This document shows positions 40,260-48,955 of a stretch of DNA of 64,000 nucleotides, piece by piece. The notes beneath the pieces were generated by a model. It was not told the origin of the DNA. It was given only the letters and a program-made list of their open reading frames with translations, and did no database searches. Position 1 is the stretch's first letter, and each line of letters starts with the position of its first letter. The position numbers were made by a program, and so were the translations under genes. The stretch lies in the IMG/VR virus record IMGVR_UViG_3300009370_000001; one strand, written 5' to 3'. This stretch comes from a virus (Duplodnaviria; Caudoviricetes).

Positions 40260-41590
40260 GTTATAAATGGACTAGCGGAAGCGTTCGCCGCGGCGATATC
40301 TATTTTGAAGATGACGATACCGGCGCTGACACTTATATAGACTTTGGCCAAGACACAATAACCTTGCGCCCGAGTGGTGCGGCCATCCTCTATGCCGAAG
40401 AGGATGCAGTAGGTATTGGAACCACCGATCCTCAAACCACTTTGCATGTGAAAGGAGATCCCGGACAATTCCGGGTAGAAGATACTACAGTAGATTATGC
40501 TTATACCGTAGACTGTGACGGAGATGGAATCCGCACCCACTTTGGAGACATGACCGGCGTTGGCGATGAAGATTCATTTATGACCTTCGGCGCATACACT
40601 GGTATTAATCGCTTAGACACAGCGGCCCGTGATTTTCACATCTATGGCACCAACACTACCACCGGGTTCTACTTTGACGAGAGCGCAGGAAAGTTTGGAA
40701 TTGGTGTGACTGCCCCTGACGAAAAATTGCACGTCTCTGGCAATCTTAAAGTTGGCGGAGATGATCCGAGAATTAAGATCGTTGCAGATACCGATGATCA
40801 TCCCGGTGTTGAATTTTACGAGAACAGCACAAGAAAATGGATCATTTACAATAACTATACGAACGATAATCTCACATTTAAAACCGATAGCACTATAAGA
40901 ATGGTAATCGAACAAGACGGGAATGTGGGTATTGGGGTTGGAAACCCTGCGCAGGCATTAGAAGTGGCTGGCAACATCCGAGTGTCCGATAACGGGAACA
41001 TCTATTGCGATGGAACCGGAGAGTTATATTTAGGAAACACAGCGGGGGGAGTAATTCGTGTTGGAGGAGATGGCGGCACCTCAACGGCGCTGGCCTCGTT
41101 TAACCACTTGTCGCTTCAAACCAGCCGAGACGACGACGATATCTTCATTAAGACGGGGGATGCCACCACCACGCGGCTGTTTGTGGAAGGGGATACAGGT
41201 AACATAGCCATTGGCACCGCTGCCCCTGGTTCCACATTAGACATCAGCGGCTCTGTCTCCTTTAATGTTACTTCTTTCGGGGCTTCGGCAAACATTGGGG
41301 ATACTCACTATACATGCATAGGAAACTGTGGCCCTGGTGGTGCTAATGGATCTGTCACCCTTACGTTACCTTCTGCTACTGACGCTATGACTGGTCGCGT
41401 ATATGTTTTTAAGAGGGCCGACACAGGCGGTTCGGCCCCCGGTGGATCCGCCCTCGTGGTCGCTCGTAACAGCGCCTATATTGATGGAGGCACGGACAAC
41501 TTAGAACTCGGCAACGGGGACTGTATCACTATCCAGTGCGTCGGGCAATCATCTGGCTGGATCGTCTTAGGAAATTATGTGCCTATTTAG
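40256..41590 (+). CDS. Tail fibre / adhesin-like protein
   Basis: Four repeats of (V/F/I)(G/A)IG..xP...L(H/E/D)(V/I)xG; G/T/D-rich; C-terminal TLTLPSA...GRVYVFKR. Confidence 0.7.
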   Translation: MSYKWTSGSVRRGDIYFEDDDTGADTYIDFGQDTITLRPSGAAILYAEEDAVGIGTTDPQTTLHVKGDPGQFRVEDTTVDYAYTVDCDGDGIRTHFGDMTGVGDEDSFMTFGAYTGINRLDTAARDFHIYGTNTTTGFYFDESAGKFGIGVTAPDEKLHVSGNLKVGGDDPRIKIVADTDDHPGVEFYENSTRKWIIYNNYTNDNLTFKTDSTIRMVIEQDGNVGIGVGNPAQALEVAGNIRVSDNGNIYCDGTGELYLGNTAGGVIRVGGDGGTSTALASFNHLSLQTSRDDDDIFIKTGDATTTRLFVEGDTGNIAIGTAAPGSTLDISGSVSFNVTSFGASANIGDTHYTCIGNCGPGGANGSVTLTLPSATDAMTGRVYVFKRADTGGSAPGGSALVVARNSAYIDGGTDNLELGNGDCITIQCVGQSSGWIVLGNYVPI

Positions 41591-41703
41591 GTAAACCATC
41601 GGTGCCCCTCTTACGCAGGGTGGATCAGCGCAGGTAGGTTGGGATCTGCGCCAAATTATGCCTCTTCTGTGAGTTAAAACTACTTACTGAAGAGAGGTTA
41701 ATT

Positions 41704-42675
41704 ATGTCTTTTGATAAGTGGCGTGAGTTTTTAGCGGAAGCTCCCCGGCGCGGTAGTCCTGCCGGGATACGGCGCTCTCTAAATACCCTGTTAAACACAG
41801 GACCACATAGCGATGGAAGTCCGTATAAAGATGAAGATGAGCATCTCAAAGGAAAAAAGAATCGCAATCAAATATCCGCGCCACCGGGTGCGCCGGGTGG
41901 GGGCAGCATTGGTGCATCGGGCCCTGCGTTAGAAGAAGAGGTGGAAGAAGAAACCTTTGAGATGCAGCCGGAACTTCAGCCGGAGATTTGGATAGATAAT
42001 CAGATATGGCCTGAAGTACGCAAACGCTTTTTAGAAATCGTGGAAGATTTTCTAGACGGCCTAGACCTTAATGTTCCAATTGAAGACGTGCGACTAACGG
42101 GATCGCTAGCGAACTATAACTGGTCTAAGTATTCGGATGCCGATCTGCATATCGTTGTAGACTTTAGCGAAATAGATGAAGATATTGAGCTAGTCAAAGC
42201 TTTTTTCGACGCAGCCCGGGCCCGATGGAACGACCACCATCAGATTAATGTTTATGGGTTTGAAGTGGAACTATACGTAGAAAACGTCGGGGATATTCAT
42301 CATTCATCTGGTGTGTATTCGGTCGACCAGAACAAATGGATTATTGAGCCTACTCCGCGAGATGTAGAAATTGATTTTATTACTGCTCGCAAGAAAAGCG
42401 ATGATATTGAAACGCAAGTGAACTTAGTAGAACGTATATTGCGTAATGGAAACACGCAAAGCGCCCTCAAGATTATAGAGCGCATTAAACACAAAATCCG
42501 TCGTATGCGACAAGCGGGACTGGATAGCCCCCAAAGAGAATTTTCACCAGAGAACATAGCTTTTAAAATATTGCGTCGTAACGGAACTTTAGAGCGGTTA
42601 AGCGGGCTGAAGCGCAATGCATACGACACCCAAATGTCACTCCCCGAGGAAGTCGATGAAGTTTCAAGCGATTAA
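41704..42675 (+). CDS. Pol-beta superfamily nucleotidyltransferase with N-terminal extension
   Basis: LTGSLANYNWSKYSDADLHI (GS...DxD), VELYVE third carboxylate; C-terminal EFSPENIAFKILRR. Confidence 0.8.
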   Translation: MSFDKWREFLAEAPRRGSPAGIRRSLNTLLNTGPHSDGSPYKDEDEHLKGKKNRNQISAPPGAPGGGSIGASGPALEEEVEEETFEMQPELQPEIWIDNQIWPEVRKRFLEIVEDFLDGLDLNVPIEDVRLTGSLANYNWSKYSDADLHIVVDFSEIDEDIELVKAFFDAARARWNDHHQINVYGFEVELYVENVGDIHHSSGVYSVDQNKWIIEPTPRDVEIDFITARKKSDDIETQVNLVERILRNGNTQSALKIIERIKHKIRRMRQAGLDSPQREFSPENIAFKILRRNGTLERLSGLKRNAYDTQMSLPEEVDEVSSD

Positions 42676-43642
42676 AAAAACTTCTCGTGTGTCACCTGGA
42701 GAGTATCTTTTGCATACTCCATCACAACAAATTGTATTATGTGGCGCGATAAAGCGCGATGAGGGAATGATTAGGGCTTTAGCCAGCGGGCGCCTGCTGG
42801 AAGACAAGATAGAAAATTTCCAGAAGATTTTTCTGCCTCGTGAAGAGTTGAGAAAAAGAAAAGTGAAACGACCCTGTTCGGGATGCAAAGGCTCATGAAA
42901 AACCCCATTGAATCAATGCGCCATTTTTGTGTGATTCAATTGGAATTGCTCAAGACGCGGGAACATAAACTAAGGAAAGAAATAGAAGATTGCGAGATCC
43001 AACGGGAGTTTTTATCGCAGGTATTAAAAGATATTGGAGACGTAAATCAATTCGAAGGAGATATAATCAGTAATCTCCTAGATACTATAAGGAGGAATAG
43101 ATAATGACAAGCAAATATATCCCTAATCCCCGGCGGGTAGAGGGCCCTCTCAACGAGGTAGAAAAGAGAATCGAAGATTTTGTTTATAACCTTTATTTTT
43201 CATATGTGTTTGATGAAACTGTTAAGTCCCATCAACAACTTCAAGATGATTACATTGAGGCATTCTTAGATCAAGACGACGAAAAGATGCGTGCCATTAA
43301 TAGAGAGTTAGTTGTTGTGGAGTCGGCATTTGAAGTTACAGCTAATATGATAGACGCTGTTGAGGAAGTGTATTCTTGACCAAGATTTATTGTTATTGTC
43401 TCTTTGATGGACGAGGCAATTTTCACGGGGTCTACTCTTCGGTAACTGCTGTCCATCGAGATGCGTTAAAGATCTGCAACAAAGGTTCTGGGCATGTCAC
43501 GATGGAGACTTCTACCGGACCCATTCCTCCTTCTGCCACTCTCCTCCGAAATGCTTTTAAGGGTGCGTTTGATGTGCAGGTGCATTATTCGGGCGGGCCC
43601 GGAAACCAAGCTAAGATTATAAAGACTAAACTAAAGGAGTAA
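42656..43642 (+). other. Run of four small hypothetical genes (42656-42898, 42883-43104, 43104-43379, 43376-43642)
   Basis: Overlapping start/stop junctions; no motifs recognised. Confidence 0.55.
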
Positions 43643-43643
43643 G

Positions 43644-43889
43644 ATGACCTATTTTGTATATGGGATTACGGACTGTCCGGCCTGTCTCCGAGCGTGTGCA
43701 GACTTGATGGAAGCAGATTTAGAATATGTTTTTATAGAAACTGATTTTGCACCCACTTATCGATCTCAACTCAAAAAGCAATATCGACGCTCCACATTTC
43801 CTATTATTATTAGAGAGAGTGGGCCCGAAACGTTAATAATTGGGGGCCATGACGATTTAACCATCCATTTAGCCAAGCGTTCTGGTTGA
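43644..43889 (+). CDS. Glutaredoxin-like protein
   Basis: CPAC, TFPII, IIGGHDDL. Confidence 0.8.
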   Translation: MTYFVYGITDCPACLRACADLMEADLEYVFIETDFAPTYRSQLKKQYRRSTFPIIIRESGPETLIIGGHDDLTIHLAKRSG

Positions 43890-43930
43890 CAAAAACTTTA
43901 CTTGCAACTGATCCTCACGCGTGCTATATT
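43886..43930 (+). promoter_or_regulatory. Early promoter (variant of the repeated element)
   Basis: TTGACA (contains the upstream stop), then TTGCAA-17-TATATT with TG extension. Confidence 0.6.
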
Positions 43931-45111
43931 ATGATCAGACACATACTTACTATGTGGAACTTAAACGAGGAGACTTAGTAAGATGGGTAACAGACTGGGG
44001 GATTTATGCAGCGAGCGCGGATGGGTACGTCCAACGAGAATACCCACAATATGCTTACGGCGTCATAATGGAAGTATCCCATCGAGACCCCGATGCTGTA
44101 GTGGTTTATTGCTACGATTCCAAACACGAATTCGCGGAACAAGACACGTGGGTTATCCTGCATCTGGTTCACGACGAATTCGAGTTAGTAAGCGAGGGTT
44201 AAAATGTGTCTAAGGCGACCGAAGAAGAGGCGCTGGAAGCGCTTAAAAAAGAAATCCGGGTATGGTGTCACACACCATTTTTGGTTAATACAGGAACAGA
44301 TGACGGGGGGCGTTATCTGCAAATCTGGATCGAACGCCAGGAACCATCAGCACGTTTGGACGCCTGGATGGTAGAAATGCTCCCCGGTAGTAAATATATG
44401 GGTTGGCGCTTAATTGTAAGCAAGTGCCCACCCGACTATATAAGATTATTTATTTTAAATAAAAAACAAAAGGATTGGTAATGGAGGTTGGGGAACTGGT
44501 TTGTTTATACCGACGAAAGCATAAAGGGATTGGAATCGTCTTAGAAAAAGAAACGATTAGCGATGAAAAAATAAGAATAATAGAGATTGCTCAAAAAGCC
44601 GACTGGAAACAAAAAGAAGAACTAAAACGCAAAGCTCTTAGTGGGGCGTCTCAAAAAGGATTAATCGAAGCGGCCTTTCTCTATAACTTGTGGCAAGCGA
44701 ACGCGAAGCTCAAAAAGGATTTTGTTTATATTAAATGGTTTCAGTGTCCCTCGGAGTATGAACAGACAAAAACTACCACGGATGCTGATTGGTTTCCGGT
44801 TGATTGGGTGGGAAGAATAAACTAACTCTATACTTAGTTATGTGGCAACTACTCACATTCCAGTCTACAAAATCGGGGATCTTGTAAAGTGTATTTATGA
44901 TCTATTCGATCACTACCAGTATTTCTGGGATCAAGAGCCCGCAAGTGGCTATCCTTTCCACGGGATTATCATAGATATCCAAGACAATATGCTGATGGAC
45001 GAAGAGGTTCACGAATACGGTTATGAGAAACTTTATATTGTTCGCTGTTTCGATGGACACGTCAGATTTTTTGCTCACTGGGAAATGCGGCTCGTGTCAA
45101 CATCTTCTTGA
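43921..45111 (+). other. Four small genes, three with SH3/KOW-like starts (LKRGDLV, MEVGELV, YKIGDLV)
   Basis: 43921-44202, 44206-44481, 44475-44825, 44842-45111. Confidence 0.55.
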
Positions 45112-45151
45112 CAACTTTGTGGTTGACACCGGTATTAGAAGATGCTATATT
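45108..45151 (+). promoter_or_regulatory. Repeated early promoter element
   Basis: TTGACA-9-TTGACA-17-TATATT; directly upstream of tRNA-Leu; TGA ends the 44842 gene. Confidence 0.85.
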
Positions 45152-45159
45152 AAGAACAT

Positions 45160-45247
45160 GGCCGAGTGGTGGAATAGGTAGACACACCGGACTTAAAATC
45201 CGTTGATCATTATGATCGTGAGGGTTCAAGTCCCTCCTCGGCTACCA
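45160..45247 (+). tRNA. trnL: tRNA-Leu(UAA), encoded CCA
   Basis: Acceptor GGCCGAG/CTCGGCT, anticodon loop CT-TAA-AA, long variable arm, GAGGG-TTCAAGT-CCCTC T-arm, ACCA. Confidence 0.92.
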
Positions 45248-45248
45248 C

Positions 45249-45303
45249 CTTACATCTTCTTGACAACTTTTGGCTTGACCACACAAACTGGGCATGCTAT
45301 ATT
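45249..45303 (+). promoter_or_regulatory. Repeated early promoter element
   Basis: CTTACA-5-TTGACA-9-TTGACC-17-TATATT. Confidence 0.85.
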
Positions 45304-45744
45304 ATGAACACTGACCACATTAACATCTTCACCGACGAAGAAATCAACAAGGAGCTACGGATGGGCACCCGCTCACACATTTATATTGAAACCGAACCAG
45401 GAAGATTTCTGGGAACTTACTGTCAGTTTGACGGCTATCCTTCCCATATGTTTCCACAACTTGAAAAGCGCAGCCATGACGAAGTATATAGTATTATCGT
45501 CAGAGGACAAACACGCGGTGGCTTGGTAGGCATTGCTGCTACGCCGTCTTCTCCTATTGAATATCAAGATGGAATGGGGGAAGCATCTTTTCTTTTTAAT
45601 CCGACAGACTATCTCGAAAGCACCTGCGTTAACTACGTTTATGTAAAGCGACTGGATGGAACGGTACTATGGCGGGAAACCCGCAACGCTGAACCTGGAA
45701 TCCCGATGCCCTGGTATAACACAGCACCCGAGGAGGAAGAATAA
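45304..45744 (+). CDS. Conserved phage hypothetical protein
   Basis: MGTRSHI...YCQFDGYP motif; true start may be internal (MGTRS). Confidence 0.6.
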   Translation: MNTDHINIFTDEEINKELRMGTRSHIYIETEPGRFLGTYCQFDGYPSHMFPQLEKRSHDEVYSIIVRGQTRGGLVGIAATPSSPIEYQDGMGEASFLFNPTDYLESTCVNYVYVKRLDGTVLWRETRNAEPGIPMPWYNTAPEEEE

Positions 45745-45745
45745 A

Positions 45746-45967
45746 ATGATGTTTGAAGCAGGCGAAAAAGTTATTGTAATGGCAGGCAGTGTTCATTCTC
45801 CGTCCTATCTACAGGGCGAGAGCGGAATGATCCTTGAAGTATCGGGATCATCTGATTATGTACCTGAACATTATACTATTAAGTTTGAGAAAGAGACTCA
45901 TATTCTTTATGGGTCCGAACTACGGAGAGAAGAAAGTGAACAAGACGTGACGTATGAACTAAAATAA
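45746..45967 (+). CDS. Small SH3/KOW-like protein
   Basis: FEAGEKVIV...GMILEV...YTIKF. Confidence 0.5.
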   Translation: MMFEAGEKVIVMAGSVHSPSYLQGESGMILEVSGSSDYVPEHYTIKFEKETHILYGSELRREESEQDVTYELK

Positions 45968-45973
45968 GTGGTT

Positions 45974-46128
45974 GGCCCCTGGAGTAATACTTAAGGACAT
46001 TCGGGTTCAATGTCTACAATGAACCTTGTACCCATCTGGTGAGGTGAAACCTGCGAGGGTAATGCAGGAGTGGAAAGTAGGCTAACGAGTGGAAGACGCG
46101 GTGAAGACAGCGTTCCTCTCCAGGGGCC
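45974..46128 (+). ncRNA. Unassigned ~155-nt multi-stem structured RNA
   Basis: Perfect 11-bp closing stem GGCCCCTGGAG/CTCCAGGGGCC, four internal helices, complementary loops GGTTC/GAACC; intergenic, among tRNAs. Confidence 0.7.
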
Positions 46129-46144
46129 TTTACATTGATTTGAC

Positions 46145-46173
46145 TTGACAAAGAGAAGAAAATGAGATATATT
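46145..46173 (+). promoter_or_regulatory. Sigma70-type promoter
   Basis: TTGACA-17-TATATT. Confidence 0.7.
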
Positions 46174-46179
46174 ATACAT

Positions 46180-46386
46180 ATGAAAAAGGGTGACGTAGTT
46201 AAGTTTGTTTCTCCCCCAGGACTTCACCACTTGGATTCGGTGATGAACTGGAAACAGCAGAGTCCTGGTTTGGTCGTGGGGAGCAAAGACACTTCTCTCA
46301 AGAAGCGGTCTTATGAAGTGCTGTGGAAGAACGGCGAAAGAACTTTTGAATGGGAATCATATTTGGAGATTATTAGTAAAGCATGA
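46180..46386 (+). CDS. Small SH3/KOW-like protein
   Basis: MKKGDVVKF...GLVV...YEVLW...ESYLEII. Confidence 0.55.
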   Translation: MKKGDVVKFVSPPGLHHLDSVMNWKQQSPGLVVGSKDTSLKKRSYEVLWKNGERTFEWESYLEIISKA

Positions 46387-46562
46387 TTTATACAGTTATT
46401 TATACAGATTACAAAAACGATTTGAAGTCCGAGGTAACGGATGGTCCGATGGACCGACCCGAAGCCTGGAAGGAAATGAAACGAGAATACGGCACAGTGC
46501 TGGCAATGGTGCCTGGGAGTCATCCCGTGTATACCAGCGGCTCAATGGAGCGAAAAGATTAG
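46383..46562 (+). CDS. 59-aa hypothetical protein (not in track)
   Basis: MIYTVIYTDY...GSHPVYTSGSMERKD; ATGA overlap. Confidence 0.55.
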   Translation: MIYTVIYTDYKNDLKSEVTDGPMDRPEAWKEMKREYGTVLAMVPGSHPVYTSGSMERKD

Positions 46563-46622
46563 GAGACTGCTTACAGAGCATAAACAGTAAAGCTGGACGC
46601 TCAAAACATTAACCCCTATCCT

Positions 46623-46698
46623 GCGCCGGTAGCTCAGGGGTTAGAGCGTTGTTCTTATAAAGCAAATGTCGGTGGTTCAAGTCCACCCCGGCGTACCA
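46623..46698 (+). tRNA. trnI: tRNA-Ile(UAU), encoded CCA
   Basis: Acceptor GCGCCGG/CCGGCGT, D-arm GCTC/GAGC, anticodon stem TTGTT/AGCAA with loop CT-TAT-AA, T-arm GGTGG-TTCAAGT-CCACC. Confidence 0.9.
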
Positions 46699-46705
46699 TT
46701 TTTTT

Positions 46706-47139
46706 ATGACGAGGATATATACTAATATGAGCCATCACTATGGAGAATACTGGTCAAGCTGGAGCCACCAGCCTGCCACACCTAAAGAGCCTGAACTGCT
46801 TGAAGAGATTAAAACATTTCTTTTGACTCTCCATGAGAGTGATAAAGCTGCGGAGTTACTCCAAAAAATAGAGGCGGAAGCCGCCAAAGCGAATAAGCCT
46901 AAAACTGATTTTTAATGTTACCAGAGATTGACTGGCTTGAACACCAAATAGCGCAACTGCGAGAGCGGTGCGATCAGCTTGAGAAAGAAAACTTTGAGCT
47001 TAAGCGATGCATTGGCCGAGCTATCACAAACCTGGAACGAGATAATCAGCAGACCCGAGAATACATTGAGAAAGAAGAAACGAAAATCGTAGCGTTCGCC
47101 CCCAACTTCAAGAAGCCGAAGTGGGAAACGCAAGATTAA
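46706..47139 (+). other. Two small hypothetical genes (46706-46915, 46915-47139)
   Basis: Helical/coiled-coil ORFs between tRNAs. Confidence 0.5.
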
Positions 47140-47150
47140 CCTTTCAATTT

Positions 47151-47226
47151 GGGTCCATAGCTCAATAGGTAGAGCATCGGACTTTTAATCCGCAGGTCGT
47201 GGGTTCGATTCCCACTGGACCCACCA
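47151..47226 (+). tRNA. trnK: tRNA-Lys(UUU), encoded CCA
   Basis: GGGTCCA/TGGACCC acceptor, loop CT-TTT-AA, GTGGG-TTCGATT-CCCAC T-arm. Confidence 0.95.
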
Positions 47227-47244
47227 TTTTTTTAAGAGAGAACA

Positions 47245-47421
47245 ATGAAACAAGAACACTATATTATTCAAGAATATAATCGCAAGACTCAAAAATATAC
47301 GACGATAGGTGAAGCTCAAGGGCTCACTGCCGACGCTGCCAAACTCAAGTTTATTGAGCAGACCAACTGGAAGCCGCGCCGCAACATTATCCTTTTCGTC
47401 CAGCACCCCCTCTGTCGTTGA
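47245..47421 (+). CDS. 58-aa hypothetical protein (not in track)
   Basis: MKQEHYIIQEY...VQHPLCR; its stop is the TGA of the next promoter element. Confidence 0.55.
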   Translation: MKQEHYIIQEYNRKTQKYTTIGEAQGLTADAAKLKFIEQTNWKPRRNIILFVQHPLCR

Positions 47422-47472
47422 CATTTACTTGACAACTTTGGGGTGGACAAGTGGCTTGCCCTATGCTATATT
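47418..47472 (+). promoter_or_regulatory. Repeated early promoter element
   Basis: TTGACA-5-TTGACA-9-TGGACA-17-TATATT. Confidence 0.85.
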
Positions 47473-47489
47473 GTATGTATGATCAGCAA

Positions 47490-47765
47490 ATGGCTATGGA
47501 TTCCGATTCTTCTGGTATACGGTTTCATCTTTGGAGCCAGCTACCTTCTAACCTCGTGGATGGTCTAATGAGCCCAGGCAACCTTGTAATGATTAAGCGT
47601 GCTGCTATCGGCGTGCCTGCTGGCACCCTCGCACTATGCTTGAAGCGCGACGAGAAGCGCGGAGATTATGACGAAGGCCATGAGATTTGGACAGTCCAGC
47701 TTATGCATGGGCAGCTACGGGGCATTGAGCGCCGGTATCTTGATATTGATTTGGAGATATTGTGA
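47490..47765 (+). CDS. SH3/KOW-like family protein
   Basis: PGNLVMI...YLDIDLEIL; start placed downstream of the promoter. Confidence 0.5.
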   Translation: MAMDSDSSGIRFHLWSQLPSNLVDGLMSPGNLVMIKRAAIGVPAGTLALCLKRDEKRGDYDEGHEIWTVQLMHGQLRGIERRYLDIDLEIL

Positions 47766-47965
47766 AAGTCGGTGACTTGGTAAAGAGCGCAGATCGTTTA
47801 GTTGGCAATCGGAATCGCATGCGCCTGGGAGTGATCGTAGAGGTAGACCCCGATAAAGCCGATCAACCGGGTTGTTTCGGGAGTTGTTTTATCCAGTGGA
47901 TAGGCGATGCAGATTGGACATTCGTGTACGAAGAAGATATTGAGGTAATCAATGAAGGTCGGTGA
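47762..47965 (+). CDS. MKVGDLV-family small SH3/KOW-like protein
   Basis: MKVGDLVKS...GVIVEV...IQW...EDIEVINEGR. Confidence 0.7.
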   Translation: MKVGDLVKSADRLVGNRNRMRLGVIVEVDPDKADQPGCFGSCFIQWIGDADWTFVYEEDIEVINEGR

Positions 47966-48140
47966 TTTAGTAAGAAACCTTAACTCGGAAAGCGGTCTGC
48001 TTGGCGTTATTGTTTACTGGACAGATACCAAATGGCCCGACAACAATCAATGTACGAACCATCCAGTCGTACACTGGAACGACGGGCGCACAAGTTGGAT
48101 TATGGCGCATCGTGTGGAGATTATAAATGCAAATCGGTGA
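47952..48140 (+). CDS. MKVGDLV-family small SH3/KOW-like protein
   Basis: MKVGDLVRN...GVIV...VVHW...VEIINANR. Confidence 0.7.
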   Translation: MKVGDLVRNLNSESGLLGVIVYWTDTKWPDNNQCTNHPVVHWNDGRTSWIMAHRVEIINANR

Positions 48141-48351
48141 CATTGTAAGGGTACATTGGGGCGCATGCGACTGGTCCGGCACGGAAGGTGTTGACTGGGG
48201 ATATGGCGTTGGCGTTGTGACGGGCGATATTGTGTGGTGGGAGAACACACGGCGTCTTGTGTCTCCGTGCGGCGACGTAGAGATTCTATTTCGCGGCGAG
48301 CGCGTAAACTATAACCTTGGTCGGCTGGAGATTGTAAATGAAAGTCGGTGA
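48127..48351 (+). CDS. MKVGDLV-family small SH3/KOW-like protein
   Basis: MQIGDIVRV...GVV...LEIVNESR. Confidence 0.7.
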   Translation: MQIGDIVRVHWGACDWSGTEGVDWGYGVGVVTGDIVWWENTRRLVSPCGDVEILFRGERVNYNLGRLEIVNESR

Positions 48352-48520
48352 CTTGGTGAGATATAAAGATTCACTCCGCGATGACGTGGGAGTTGTAATG
48401 AAAATACAAACCGAGGGATCGTGTTCAATCTTTGGTCACACAGTGATCGTACAGACAACCGATGGGATTTGCCGTCAATATACCGAAAAGAATCTGGAGA
48501 TTTTAAATGCAAGTCGGTGA
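48338..48520 (+). CDS. MKVGDLV-family small SH3/KOW-like protein
   Basis: MKVGDLVRY...GVVMKI...LEILNASR. Confidence 0.7.
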   Translation: MKVGDLVRYKDSLRDDVGVVMKIQTEGSCSIFGHTVIVQTTDGICRQYTEKNLEILNASR

Positions 48521-48695
48521 CTTGGTAAAGATTGTGCAGTCAGCAATAGATCCGCTCAAGACTCCATTTTTGGAACAGGTCGGTGTGATTGTTAGAAAGA
48601 CTACACTTGAATCAGAACAAAACGATTGGTATGATGTATTAACGCGGGATAGGATTCACTCATTCCGCGCAGACTATTTGGAGAAGATAAAATGA
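48507..48695 (+). CDS. MKVGDLV-family small SH3/KOW-like protein
   Basis: MQVGDLVKI...GVIV...YDVL...YLEKIK. Confidence 0.7.
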   Translation: MQVGDLVKIVQSAIDPLKTPFLEQVGVIVRKTTLESEQNDWYDVLTRDRIHSFRADYLEKIK

Positions 48696-48955
48696 AAGCA
48701 GGAGATTTAGTAACACTTTCGGCGTATGCGAATGGGCTTCAAGCCCTCCAGCGGTGGTCAGACCGCTTCCGCCAATACCATAAAAAGCAGCCCCTGGTGG
48801 GATTGGTGATTAAAATCTCCCCGTCTCGGTGGGCGTGGGAAGGGATGCAGTATGAAGTACGATGGATGGAGCCGCATGGGCCGAAAGGTCGGGAGGGTAA
48901 CTACGGCGTACACACATTCAACCGCAAAGATTTGAAGTTTGTGAGTCGAGGATAG
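48692..48955 (+). CDS. MKVGDLV-family small SH3/KOW-like protein
   Basis: MKAGDLVTL...GLVIKI...YEVRW...DLKFV. Confidence 0.7.
   Translation: MKAGDLVTLSAYANGLQALQRWSDRFRQYHKKQPLVGLVIKISPSRWAWEGMQYEVRWMEPHGPKGREGNYGVHTFNRKDLKFVSRG

Noticed and set aside
46031-46068. Hammerhead- or twister-like words in the structured RNA (CTGGTGA...GAAA...GTA; GAGGG-TAA)
   Set aside because: Hammerhead: A6 is G, stem II is essentially absent and stem I is only 3 bp. Twister: no P1 between GAGGG and TAA. Not supportable without a cleavage assay.
46563-46622. Possible tRNA remnant upstream of tRNA-Ile
   Set aside because: No consistent cloverleaf, T-loop or acceptor stem found.
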